The translations under genes and the position numbers were made by a program. 64,000 nucleotides of DNA from assembly GCA_964016885.1 (NCBI GenBank), contig OZ024754.1, positions 38,688,001 through 38,752,000 of the forward strand, written 5' to 3'. Source of the DNA: Eledone cirrhosa. Taxonomy: Eukaryota. Shown here piece after piece: positions 39,832-52,129 of the stretch (positions are counted from its first letter, which is position 1; every line of letters begins with the position of its first letter). Under the pieces are notes generated by a model. The model saw nothing but the letters and a program-made list of their open reading frames with translations, had not been told where the DNA came from and searched no databases.

Positions 39832-41049
39832 GTAAGTTTTATTTACTTAAATTTCTTATTGTACATATTTCTAAGCTAACAGGAGTAAGGGGATAAGAAA
39901 TGATTTAACCCTTTAGTGTTTAAACCGGTGATATCTGGCCAAAATTCTCTCACCTCTTTCTGTTCAAACTGGCCATAATCGGCAACTCTTACTGATGCTA
40001 AGGTATTGTTCTCAAAATAAATAATATCAAAATCTCATAGATTTGATATTATGTGAGATAAAGCCTTTACCATGAAATACAATAGTAAATATAGATGTAG
40101 ATATATTAGTTTCTGGTTCAAACTTAGTTTGGTATTATGTAGACACAAAGTATTAGTCACCTGATTGTATAGATGTAAATATTTGTTTCTACGTTAGGCA
40201 CAAGGCCAGCAATTACCCAGTGTATTACTGGTACTTTATTTTATCGACCCCGTAAGGATGAAAGGCAAAGTTAACCTCGGCGGGATTTGAACTCAAAATG
40301 GCAAGGGCCGTAACTCTATGTGTCAAAGCATGGCGTCCGACCCTCTACCGATACTGCCAATCCACCGTCAAATAATTGTTTCTACTATTGGCACAAGGCC
40401 AGCAATTACCCAGTACATTACTGGTACTTTATTTTATCGACCCCGTAAGGATGAAAGGCAAAGTTAACCTCGGCGGGATTTGAACTCAGAATGTATAGAT
40501 GTAAATATTGGTCAGAGATTAGGACAGAAGGAGAAAGAGTTCTGATAAAGACTGGTGTGGGTCAGCCATAAACAGCAGTTAATCTGTCTCAGACTATCAA
40601 GAGAAATGGCCTGTTATTTGTTTGAAAAATGTTAAGCTTCCCTTTTTCATTACTGAATTTCTAAGAAAATACATGGCCTATGTGTTTCAATTTATTCTGA
40701 AAATAACCAGAAATTTAGAGGAATTTAATAAAATAACTAGGTATTTTATTAGTAAGTTGATATTTAGAAGATTAAAAAAAAAGTTAAAGTCTGCCCAAGC
40801 CTGGAGGCCAATTACCCCAGTGATTATCTAGGTTGAGCAAATGAGAGTACAAAACTTCCCCCTGGATCGGACACCAATCCATCTTGAAGTTACTCCAGCT
40901 ACTGCTGTTATTCATTTTCAGCTGTGTAACTGAACAATGAGCAGTGAAGAGCAACTCAATGCACAACCTGGTTCAGGAATCGAACCCATGACATAATGAT
41001 TTTATGTCTAACACCCTAACCATTAGGCCATGCACCTTCATTATTTAGA

Positions 41050-41335
41050 ACATTCTTCTTCTTCTTTTCTTTGCCCACTTATTCCTGAGAGGGCCATGGG
41101 GGGCAAAGTCCTCAAACACTCCCTTCAGCGGCTCCTATCAGAAGCAACCGTTCCAACTGATCCAGGTCTCCTACCTGTTGGTTTTGCCCGTAAAATCTGT
41201 CCAGCGATTCTTTCCTGAGACATTCTAACCACATGCCCATAGTATCGGAGATGTGATCTCTCAATTCAGAGAAGTAGAAGCTCTACCTGGAGTGACTCTG
41301 ATCTCCGAGCTATGTACTTTATTGAGTAATGTTAG
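41050..41335 (-). mobile_element. RTE-like LINE 3' fragment
   Basis: Minus strand RSHLRYYGHVVRMSQERIAGQILRAKPTGRRP with (AAG)n tail. Confidence 0.65.
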
Positions 41336-41458
41336 AAATAAATATTTTTAAATGACCAGTTTTGTATCATAAATCTATATCAATTTTGATATCCCAAGGA
41401 TTAAAAATAAAAGCCATGATCTTCTCTACATGTTATTTACTTTTCATATCTTTTCCAG

Positions 41459-41588
41459 TTTCATCTCCGTTAAAAAGCCTCCTACAAAATACCAGCCACT
41501 TCTTCAAACAAAATCTGAGTATGGTCATACATCATATGGCGTGAAATACTTCCGAGAAAGTAACCACAAGTCATTTATAACAGACAAA
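41459..41588 (+). CDS. SPATA17: SPATA17 paralog A, exon 9
   Basis: FISVKKPPTKYQPLLQTKSEYGHTSYGVKYFRESNHKSFITDK; resembles KYIPSMHLSSKYGPISYKEQFRSENPKKWICDK. Confidence 0.87.
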
Positions 41589-42114
41589 GTATATTTAGGA
41601 TTACTAAAGTCTTTTCACTTCACACACCAACGCAGTCGTCTCCCTTGGGTCTACATAACCTTACACACAAAAGTAGTCGTTTCCATTGGGTCTACATAAC
41701 CTGCTAATATCAACAAATCTTTAATGTGTGTGTGTGTCTGTGAAACATACACACCAGGTCCGAACACAAAGGAACTAAACTCCCACTGTCACTGCCTTCG
41801 TCTCGCCCGCTCTCCCCATTTCTCACTATTATAAGCAAATGGGGCCCCATGGCTCTGGCAGACAGAATAGAGAAAGCGTTTCATCGGAGGATGGCGAGGG
41901 AGATGCACTGGAAGAGCTATTCCAGCTTGTGAGGCTCACATTTGTGGGTAGCTAACTCTGTGTCGATGGTGGTGAGTAGAGAGGTGGCCCTAGAGCTAAA
42001 GACACCATAAGTTTCCACTGCTACGCCCTTCCATTTTAACTTTTAATAGATTCACCCTGCATAAAAGCTCCATTCCAATCAAATTCTATTATAATATTTT
42101 GTCATCTTTTTCAG

Positions 42115-42153
42115 GATTTCAAGACATTTATATCAAACAGCTCCTGTGTTTGA
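42115..42153 (+). CDS. SPATA17: SPATA17 paralog A, exon 10 (terminal; possible +1 frameshift)
   Basis: ttttcag|DFKTFISNSSCV*; DFxT motif conserved; total CDS 981 nt. Confidence 0.75.
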   Translation, partial: DFKTFISNSSCV

Positions 42154-42714
42154 TTCCATAAACTGACCCATCTTAACTAAGACTTATCCTAGAGATGAAA
42201 GTAGAAACAAAACTAATTTCTGATCCGGTCCAAACATAGGACGCAGGGTGTCAGTTAATGAATCAATCCAATTGACATGTCATGAAGATGGTACATGTAT
42301 CCCCATTTTTACAATATATACACTAATCCGTATCAAAAGGAGTGACTAAAAAGGTTGGTATCAGGAAGAGAAGCCAGCTGTAAATCAACTATATCCTGTC
42401 CAACTTATGCCAACATGGAAAAGTGGATGTAAAAACGATAATGATATAAATATTACATTTTTTCTCATCAGAAAACATTTGGCAAAGCTCAAGAATTTTT
42501 TAGCTAAAAAATAAAATAGAATAAAATTGTATATTTTTGGTCTTTTTTTTTTTACTGTCATGTGTATCTTGGTTTTTAGAATAGGTAAACCAGGGTGGGG
42601 GGTTCTTCTCTGAAGACCTTCTGCTGTTCAGCTCTCCTTAAAGTTTCTTACTACTATCCCTGTATGATGCAGTAGGTGATTAAAAGGATTGGCATCTGGT
42701 TGTAAAATATTGCC

Positions 42715-43476
42715 TTAACCTCTTCAGTGCCGTAGACGAGATAACTTGTCCTAATATGTATGCATTCCAGTGCCACGGATGAGATAACTTGTCCTAACAT
42801 GTAAACATTCCAGTGCCACGGATGAGATAACTTGTCCTAACATGTAAACATTCCAGTGCCACGGATGAGATAACTTGTCCTAACATGTAAACATTCCAGT
42901 GCCACGGATGAGATAACTTGTCCTAACATGTAAACATTCCAGTGCCACGGATGAGATAACTTGTCCTAACATGTATACATTCCAGTGCCACGGATGAGAT
43001 AACTTGTCCTAACATGTAAACATTCCAGTGCCACGGATGAGATAACTTGTCCTAACATGTATGCATTCCAGTGCCACGGATGAGATAACTTGTCCTAATA
43101 TGTATGCATTCCAGTGCCACGGATGAGATAACTTGTCCTAACATGTAAACATTCCAGTGCCACGGATGAGATAACTTGTCCTAACATGTATACATTCCAG
43201 TGCCACGGATGAGATAACTTGTCCTAACATGTATACATTCCAGTGCCACGGATGAGATAACTTGTCCTAACATGTAAACATTCCAGTGCCACGGATGAGA
43301 TAACTTGTCCTAACATGTTTGAACTCTTTTCCAACAGTTCATAACTTCAAAGCTAGATGGGGTTACTAGTTTATTGATGTGACGTTTGTCAGTCAAAATA
43401 TTCATTTTACTAAGAGAAAAAAATCTGGCACAGCAACTGTAGGTGTGTAAAATATATGTGGCAGTCAACAGGTTAA
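42715..43476. mobile_element. piggyBac-type MITE with an internal 43-bp minisatellite (~13 copies, 42725-43320)
   Basis: TTAA-cctcttcagtgcc ... ggcagtcaacagg-TTAA; unit cattccagtgccacggatgagataacttgtcctaacatgtaaa. Confidence 0.8.
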
Positions 43477-43911
43477 AACATCCTATCCAAGCCATGCCAA
43501 CATGGAAAAGGGGAAATGATGATGATGATGATTAATCAAGGAGGCAAGGGCAGTGTCCATGACTCATTTCAAGGCCCCTAAATGCAAGTATGTCTAAGCT
43601 TCACTGAAGAAGTGTAATAAAACTGAAATATATTCTGAGTTGCCACTCATACTTAACAGAATAATTAAAATATGGCAGGTAAAAGGGCCCTTAACTCCTG
43701 ATGGAATCACATGTCTTATGTATTTTAATCATGGCAGACTCCATCCTTCTCCAGGTTGGAATACAGTGGATTTTTTTCCAGAGAAAGAATCAACCTCATT
43801 ACTGACTGACATTTTATTTATTGACCTTGAAAGGTTGACAGGCAAAGTTGACCTCAGAAGGAGTTCAACTCAAAGCACAACGAACAAAAGAAATACCAAG
43901 GCATTATTAAT

Positions 43912-44120
43912 CTGCCAAGTAATCCCAGTGGAAGGAAGACGCAGTAGAGGAAGACCATGGAAAACATGGGCGGAGGTGGTGAGAGCTGACCTCAGATCAC
44001 TGAAGCTCACAGAGGAGATGCCGAAGGACCGTGACAAGTGGAGAGATGCTGTGCTGAATAGGACCCGTCCCATCCTTGCAGACAGGGAAAAGTGGACGTA
44101 TGATGATGATGATGATGATA
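43912..44120 (+). mobile_element. RTE LINE 3' fragment
   Basis: IPVEGRRSRGRPWKTWAEVVRADLRSLKLTEEMPKDRDKWRDAV followed by (GAT)n tail. Confidence 0.85.
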
Positions 44121-44194
44121 ATGACGTTAACCACTCCTTCAATTAATAAGGGGGCAGTAGAGATGATATAATAGTATAAAAAAAAAGATGGTAT

Positions 44195-44761
44195 GTGCAC
44201 AGACACTTGATGAAAAATCGTGCACTTATGGGTTCTACAACCCTCGACAAAAAAATCTGGGAACTTAAGGACAATAACACCAACTACAGTATCAACTGGT
44301 CGAGGTTGTCAGCCGCAAAGACTTACAGTACCGGTATGTCCCACTGTAGGCTCTGTGATCTAGAATTACTCTATATCCTTAGAAATGTAAAAAGGCTACT
44401 CAACAACAAGTTAGAAAGATCTATCTTCTGCAGACACAGGATCGCCACTAAATTCACAAGATTTAAACCTCCGTGAATCGAACCAACGTAACTTAGCTTT
44501 CAACTTAGGATACCCACAATACTGCACGAACCACCACAGAACTATAATCATTAAGTACATTCTAGCCTTCTTAGTTCTATACCACACTAATGTCTGTAAG
44601 TACCTTATCAACTCATAAATATATCTCTTCTCACCTGCTGTCAACACAACTCCCTCACCCTTGACTCTCAACAAATGAACCTAAATCCAAGAACATTTCA
44701 AAATACTACTACAGCAGAACTTTACCTTACTCCTGTTATAATTGTAGTCAGCATGTTTTTT

Positions 44762-44817
<56 letters not shown>

Positions 44818-45480
44818 ATATATATATTGCCTCCTTAACCTCTGTATTAACTTGCCTATTATATTGCTACTCTGTTAATGTTGTCTTATACATGTATGTT
44901 ATTGATGATGAGAAAGCTAGACAACCCTTTCATCTAATATAGACCACACAAATATTGAACCTAACACCACAAATATTACTATCCTCACTACAGTGATATA
45001 TTTGTCATCTGTCAGATAATAAATGACCCTTACGGCCACCAGACCTACATTGTTTAAAGCCACCGGCTTATCTTTACACTATATATAATACACCCCATGA
45101 CAGCTTTTACATGTCAATTTTATACATCTGCCTCATGTCAGCTAGTTTTACACGCTAAAATCGTAGATATACTATATTTCCCACCTAGATTGATGTTGCG
45201 ATTATTTCAAATAATTTATTGCTAGCATTGTTAGTATTGTTGTTATTGTTCTAATTGAATGCCATTACTACTATATATAGTAGCCATGCCTGTATATTCC
45301 TTTCATTCTCACAAGCTCCGATGAATTGACTGGTTATAACTTTGTATTGGTGATCGAATAACATGAAAACAAGCGGGTAGCGTTCTCTAGACCTACCAGT
45401 TCAGAAAAATAATTGTCAGCAATGAGATTAAAAACCTTTTTTGTATAGCAAACCGTGTCACTCTTCTTTCCTGATTTATA
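44195..45480 (+). mobile_element. Penelope-like element 3' relic: GIY-YIG endonuclease C-terminus plus downstream region
   Basis: STTLDKKIWELKDNNTNYSINWSRLSAAKTYSTGMSHCRLCDLELLYIL..LLNNKLE..CRHR, a Neptune-type PLE C-terminal pattern (CxLC..E..LN..E..CRH); right boundary approximate. Confidence 0.8.
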
Positions 45481-45969
45481 TATATATATATATATATATC
45501 AAATGAAGCAATGGAGTAAAGGACCTGCGTTGGTCCTTGTAATATAATGAGCTCAAGGAAATTTTTCAGGGTCTTCAAAATATATAGGAGAGAATACATG
45601 AAAAGAAATGTTTTTTCATTACAGGGTGTACGTAATAAAGGACCCTATAATGAAAAATCATGTTCTTTTCATGTATTCTCTCCTATATATATAAAAAAGG
45701 AAATTTTCACTCCACAGGCTGAATACAATAAATGTAATCTGAGTGTTTCGAATATTAATATTTGATTTGTTTGCAATTATGCAAACAAGCCTAGAAAATG
45801 ACTGGCCAGTCTGCTGATGTGCAAATCTGGCTGATCAGTGGATCTGCTAATATGCAAATCTGACTGATCAGCCAGTCTGCTAATATGCAAATCAGGCCAA
45901 TCAGTCACTGTGTATTTTTGAAAATAGCATATATTTTCACTAGCTCTGACAGTTTGGCAGGTGAACAGT

Positions 45970-46019
45970 GAGCTGTACTGATGAAGGGTGATACCCAGAA
46001 ACATTAGTGTCTGCAGTTC
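45970..46019 (+). ncRNA. Type I hammerhead ribozyme (GUC site) inside an inverted-repeat element (45732-46149)
   Basis: gagctgta-CTGATGA-a-gggt-gat-accc-a-GAAA-ca-ttag-tg-TC-tgcagttc; stem I 8 bp; A.A mismatch at the base of stem II. Confidence 0.75.
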
Positions 46020-46886
46020 TGTTCGCATGCCAACACAAGAACAAGAATGAAGGGTTCATTCTACTGACATGGCTATAAAATTGAGGCTTGTTTGCATAAT
46101 TGCAAACGAATCGAATGTTATTATTAATATTCGAAAAACTCAGATTACACTTTATATATATATATATTTATATATCATCGCTTAGCCATAATAAATATTG
46201 AAATTTACTTTGGTATTGAGAACTCAGTCTTACGTCCGTTCACATCACACGTGTGTGTGTGTGAAAGAAAATGTTTTATGTATAAATTACATAAATAAAG
46301 TTAAAACCAAGCGGTAGTACGCAGCATTTTTCAGATTAAGTGTAAAAAGAATCAAAACAAGCTTAAACGATGACGATGATGATGATAACGATGTTGGTGA
46401 AAGGCATGGGATGTGGTCAGTACAGGTTCGACAACAAACCTATCGGAGAACGATCGATATTTCAATAGTTTTGAGGGCGGGGAAGGGGGGGGTCCTTCTT
46501 CGGCATGACGAGGAGTGAAACTTGGGTTAGTCGGCAAATGAACCCGGTTGTTGCTGGAGAAGGGTGTTATTGCATGCAGCTTCCCAGATAAGGGGCTTAC
46601 CACCATGTCTCCATTATTGGGGTAGCAATGTTATAACATTTTCTCCCATATTAATGTGTGCACTTTAAAATAGAGGTCATATAACGTTCATAAAAACCAA
46701 CGCATCTCTCCAAAACACCCTTTCACTGCCACGCGGCGTCCACAAATTTGAACGCAACAAATTCCTCGTTAGACATTTTTCATTAGTGAAAAGAAAATAA
46801 CTTATTTTGTGGCCATGTAATTAGTAGTGCTGAAAGGTGGCCGTGTCAGACTTATAATCAGTGCAGAAAATCCATAACTTTAAAAG

Positions 46887-46957
46887 ATGTCACACTTACA
46901 GTATCTTAATTTTAGGGTGGAGTGCCAACTTATCAAGCAGCTCTATGTCAAGAGAAA
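46887..46957 (+). CDS. SPATA17: SPATA17 paralog B, exon 1
   Basis: MSHLQYLNFRVECQLIKQLYVKR+aa|gtaagt; same 71-nt length, phase and AGAAA|GTAAGT end as paralog A exon 1. Confidence 0.7.
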
Positions 46958-46980
46958 GTAAGTTTCGTCGAGATATCTAT

Positions 46981-47013
<33 letters not shown>

Positions 47014-47071
47014 TATATATATATTATATATATATATATTATATATATATATTATATATATATATTATATA

Positions 47072-47120
<49 letters not shown>

Positions 47121-47908
47121 ATTGCTGTCAATAATAGCGGTGAATGTATTTAATTTTGGGGTCTCCGAGATTGGTGTGTCATATATAGTGCTGGACTTAC
47201 CTAAAAGCTAAAGAAGCTCTATCTTAGGGTCGCACACACCCTCGGGGGGCGAGACCTCATTTAAAAAAAACATATTTTCTATTTTATCATTAGTTTTTAT
47301 TCTTTAACACTAAATCATCAAAAATAATACATATAATTCTTTATCACAAATACTAATATAAAAAATAATAGCCATGTATAATTATTTTAAAACTTTGTTA
47401 CCCTATTGTTGTTTTTAAGAGTCTCAGCAGGTGAACGTCTGGCCCTGCATATATACCAGGATTACTGGATATATGAAGAATCATACAAACTAGGAAATTT
47501 ACGTTTTGATAAATGTATGGTTCGCACAAGAGAAACCCTATAGTTTGTTGATTGCTGACACGTGGAACTGATTAAAGATAAAAGTAACATTTAAATAACC
47601 TAATTCTATGATATCTACAAATAACATACAGGATGAAATGTACGAGTAATTTTAGTGCAATAACTATTTACAGGGACAAATGTAGGACATTGTGATTAGA
47701 AAACGAAATTCTTATTGTAGCAAAATCGCTGAAATAGGAAATTCATTGAGTATATACATTTTAAAAGAGTTACAGACGGTGAGTGAGTGTGTAATATATA
47801 GGTAGGTAGGTAGGTATTAAAGGTGCAAATTAATTGCGTCCGTAGGCGGAATGCCGATATGAGTACTCGATGCTCTTGGGGGAGCAGAAAGAATATCAAT
47901 AATAATAA

Positions 47909-48112
47909 TATGTAAGGGAACACAGAATCGGTGTTGCATCATATACATATTTAATTACATATTAACTATGTTAACATATATCTGAGGAGCTTCCGATCCC
48001 AGAGTCAGGCTCGATCATTAACCGATCGTTCCTCGAACTGATCGACAGTGAAACATATGCAATATGTACTTTAATATGTGTATGATGCAACACTGATTCT
48101 TTGTTCCCTTAT
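47909..48112. repeat. Inverted-repeat element with a degenerate hammerhead core
   Basis: ~60-bp inverted arms; atatat-CTGAGGA(47982)...GAAA(48050)-catatg-CA-atatgt (U16.1 changed to C). Confidence 0.65.
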
Positions 48113-48309
48113 ATATATATATATCAAATTATAATATAGAGTTAGAAACTCAATAAATCCCCCATGATCAAGAGAGCTCAAGGAAGAGAGACCGAGCTCA
48201 TTATATACTAAATTATGTCAGATAATAGAGGATGAAATTCTACCCAGGTAAAGCACATAAAAACTACAGATGGAGCGGTAAATTCAAATTAATAAAATAA
48301 TCGTAATGT

Positions 48310-48386
<77 letters not shown>

Positions 48387-49206
48387 TCTACTTTAGGCAC
48401 AAGGCCAGCAATTATCCAGTACATTACTGGTATTAATGCGTAGAAATATCCATGATCCCCAGCAGATAACTGATGAAGGAAAATTTTCTCCCGGTCGTGC
48501 TTTCCTCTTATTTATAAGTACACCTTATCCAACAACTACACAGCCCCTGTTTCTTCTTATATATATATATATATAATTAAGAAATGGAATTAAAAAGTCA
48601 TATCTATCCTCTATAATAATTATTATAATTTAATGAGCTCAAGGTATGTATTCCGGACTCTTTATAAATCAACATATAGAGAGAAGTACACATAGAGATA
48701 TGTTTAATCATAGGGGATCAAAAACCACCAGAGTGACAAACATATTAACTACGGAAGGAATGGTGAATACAAATCAATAAAAAGAATATATTAAAATGTA
48801 CAAACCATCCGATTACAAATACACATGGCGTATTATTTTACAATTGTGGTTATTGCTATTATAAAAAGACATGGAATACCTTTAGTAATTTCGTATCTCA
48901 CCAATTCAAATATCGGCAAGATTGATAATTTGACATTTCATCTGTTTGAAGTCGATGACATTCTCAGTTGGAATAATTCGATAAGACACCCCTCTCAATT
49001 GGTTACACTGTTCCCTTCCGAAATATTGTTCTTGTGCCTTTGAAAGAATTTATTGAGTATTGTGAGGAGACTTCGTAAAATTCGATAAGTAACATTTTGG
49101 TGAAGAGTGGTAAATGTCAGATTACGACCCATTGTCTTCTACTCGAGATTTCACTTGATGCTGTCACTTTAATTGAAGTCAAATAGAAACTACTTGAAAT
49201 AAAGGG

Positions 49207-49261
<55 letters not shown>

Positions 49262-49622
49262 TCTATCAGGGGAGGTGGAAACATTTCTGAATTGGGGACG
49301 CCAAATTTGGTCAATTTAGTGGTACTAATTAGTTTAGCTGTTATTATCAAATATCAACCAAGATATTAAAAAAATCTTCGATATGCGATAAACATAACAT
49401 GTACATTAATTGTAACGCATGTACAAATAGACGTGTGTTTTTGGTAGTTTGTGTGTGTGTGGGGGGGGGGGGGGTATTGGTGTGTGTGTGTGTGTGTGGT
49501 GGGGTGTCACTACACCTCCCTGTTACACCGCCCCTGAATATATATATATGTATGAATGAAGTAATTCCGTCGGAAAGGTCCAGGAAAAAAGAGTGCTCTA
49601 TGTAGGTTACAGTGCTTAATAA

Positions 49623-49658
<36 letters not shown>

Positions 49659-49706
49659 CTCTCTTTTCCTTTACCTTTCCTACGGAAACACTTCATATAC
49701 ACACAC

Positions 49707-49753
<47 letters not shown>

Positions 49754-50061
49754 TAAAAATTAGCGAGAATCGAATTTCAGCTCAGGAATTAACGAAAAAC
49801 ACTTCCGAGTTGTGTGGCAAGCGCTCGATAATTCATATGAATTAGAGCTACAACTTACGTTAAAGGCCAAGCACACTGAGATGGTGGTTAAACTAACCAT
49901 CCGCACAGCGAAAAAATGATCAACTAATTCGGGTCAAGCAGATATAAAAATATATAAAAATATATATGGTTATATATATGAAGTGCTTCCGTAGGAAAGG
50001 AGAGTGCTCTATGTAGACTACAGAGCTATTTAGTTATGTAATAAACAACATAAGATAATTA

Positions 50062-50121
50062 TTCCATTTACCAAAGGTTTCACGAAGACAGATGAGCCTG
50101 ACTTCGCTCGTCAGAATGAAA
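50062..50121 (-). ncRNA. Complete minimal type I hammerhead ribozyme (GUA site)
   Basis: Minus strand tttcatt-CTGACGA-gcgaag-tcaggctcatctgt-cttcgt-GAAA-cc-ttt-gg-TA-aatggaa; all core nucleotides and three stems present. Confidence 0.8.
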
Positions 50122-50269
50122 ATTTATTTAAAATGATATATATATATATATTATACATGTGTGTGTGTATTACTCTATATATGTGTTTGTCTTTCTGTCT
50201 GTTTAGCAATCTATTTATCTGCCTAGCTAGCTAGCTATCTGTCTGTCTGTCTGTCTAATTATCTATCTA

Positions 50270-51255
50270 TCTGTTTCGCCTGGCACACTGAGTGTGCCCA
50301 GGCGCTCACCGCCCTCTGGCAGGCGGATCCGGTTATCAGTGGAGACTCCACCGCAACATTCTATAGAGGGCTGGTACGCAGCAGGTGCGACGACGCCCTC
50401 GGAGAAGCCCTAGACATGGAGGAGGACGAACTGGCCAGCCTGTTCGGTAGGACATTCAGCCCGGGACCTATGGACAACTTCCAGAAGTCCCTGGCCTGGC
50501 AGTGCTACCGAGGGGCTTTACCCGTTCGAGAAAGGCTCTACAGACACGGGCGCCCGGGTAGGGACCCCGCCAAAAAGATCTGTCCCAGATGCGTGTGCGA
50601 CGAGGAAACCGTTGCACACGCATTGGTACACTGCTCGGGCGTAGCCGATCTGTGGGGCTATGTCGAACAACTGCTGTCAAGGGTGGGACCGATCCGGTTG
50701 ACCACCGAGTCTATTGTAATGATCAAGCCGCCTCCCCCCTTCAAAGATGAAGCAGAGGCGGTGTTTCTGTGCGTAATAGCCATGGCGAAAGAGGTTGTAT
50801 GGTGGACGCGTCTGAAAGGACTGAGGTCAGGCACCTTTCTCTCTGGCCAACAACTGGTCTGTTTCTTCCGATATCATTTCGGAAGAAGGATCAGGATGGA
50901 GAGAGAGGTGCTGCACCCCAGTCGTTTTTATGAAAGGTGGGTGAAAGTGGCGAGAATGGCCCGTGTGAATGGGCCTTCTCTTTACATAAGCCTGTAGGTG
51001 GAAAAGAGGAAGGAACGAGGGAGCACCCCCTCTCTGTGCTCCTGAGGAAAAGGGTTGCACACTTTTTTCGGGGGTGTGTGCGACCCCCCAAGGCGCCTCC
51101 TCTCTATTGAGGATTTTGTTAAAAATTTTATTTTTTGTTATATCTTATTTTATTTTTATATTTTGTTATTGCCTCCTCCTTATTGAGGACGCCTTTTTGT
51201 GTAAACTCCCCCCTTTGTACTTGTCCCACTTTTGATGCCCTAGTGGCAAATAAAA
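50270..51255 (+). mobile_element. L1/Tx1-clade LINE 3' fragment (ORF2 C-terminus plus 3'UTR)
   Basis: ORF 50416-50997: LAWQCYRGALPVRERL..CPRCVCDEETVAHALVHC (zf-RVT CCHC); GC-rich; AATAAA near 51248. Confidence 0.85.
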
Positions 51256-52129
51256 GAAACTTATCTGTCTGTCTGTTCATTTGGTCGGTGTTTATCCCAG
51301 TTTCATAGCATGAAACAACTGAGAGTACAAGACTTCCCCCTGGACAGGACACCAATCCATCGCAGGGTTAAACCCCCAGCTATTGCTGGTACTCATTTTC
51401 AGCTGAGTATACTGGAGCAATGTGACATGAAGTGTTTTTGTTCAAGAACACAACCCAACCCAGGATTCGAACTCATGACATTATGATTGTAAGTCCAACA
51501 CCCTTACCACTAGGCCACGTGCCTCCACTTGTATGTATGGACCTGTAACTCCTAATGGAGCCATAGGGGCACTGTAGTGACATACAGTATGTCTTGGGCA
51601 CTTTAAACCTGGTGGAGTTTCACCTCTTCTCCAGGTGTCAATATGGCCGATTTCTTCCAGACAAAGAGGTGAGAGAGAGAGATATAGGAGGTGAGAGGGA
51701 GAGAGAGAGAGACAGAGAGTGAGAGGGAGAGAGAGAGAGACAGAGAGGGAGGGAGAGAGAGAGACTGATACATTTAAATCAACATCGAAATGATGAAAGG
51801 CAAGGATTTGAACTCAAATCACGGAGAGACAATGAATACCACAAAGTAGTCAATCTTAGGCATGTCAAACATACGGCCCCTAACAAGCACACCTGTGGCC
51901 CACACAAAGGTTTTTATAGAGCGAGCGTGTTTTATCTTCGTAATATAAAATAAAAGAAATTAGTTGTAATGTGTGGCCCTCAGACAACACATATGTAACC
52001 CATGTGGCCCTCAGACAACACATATGTAACCCATGTGGCCCTCAGGGGACCCTCAGTTTCACATACCTGGTCTATCTGATATTCAACTGACCGTATTCTA
52101 CATCACTTCTATAAAGCTTTACTCTAAAC

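Noticed and set aside
45310-45390. ccgatga...tgaaa motif downstream of the PLE GIY-YIG
   Set aside because: Core altered (CCGAUGA) and stems weak; cannot be called a ribozyme
48465-48510. CTGATGA hammerhead-like start
   Set aside because: No correctly placed GAAA/stem III/UH downstream
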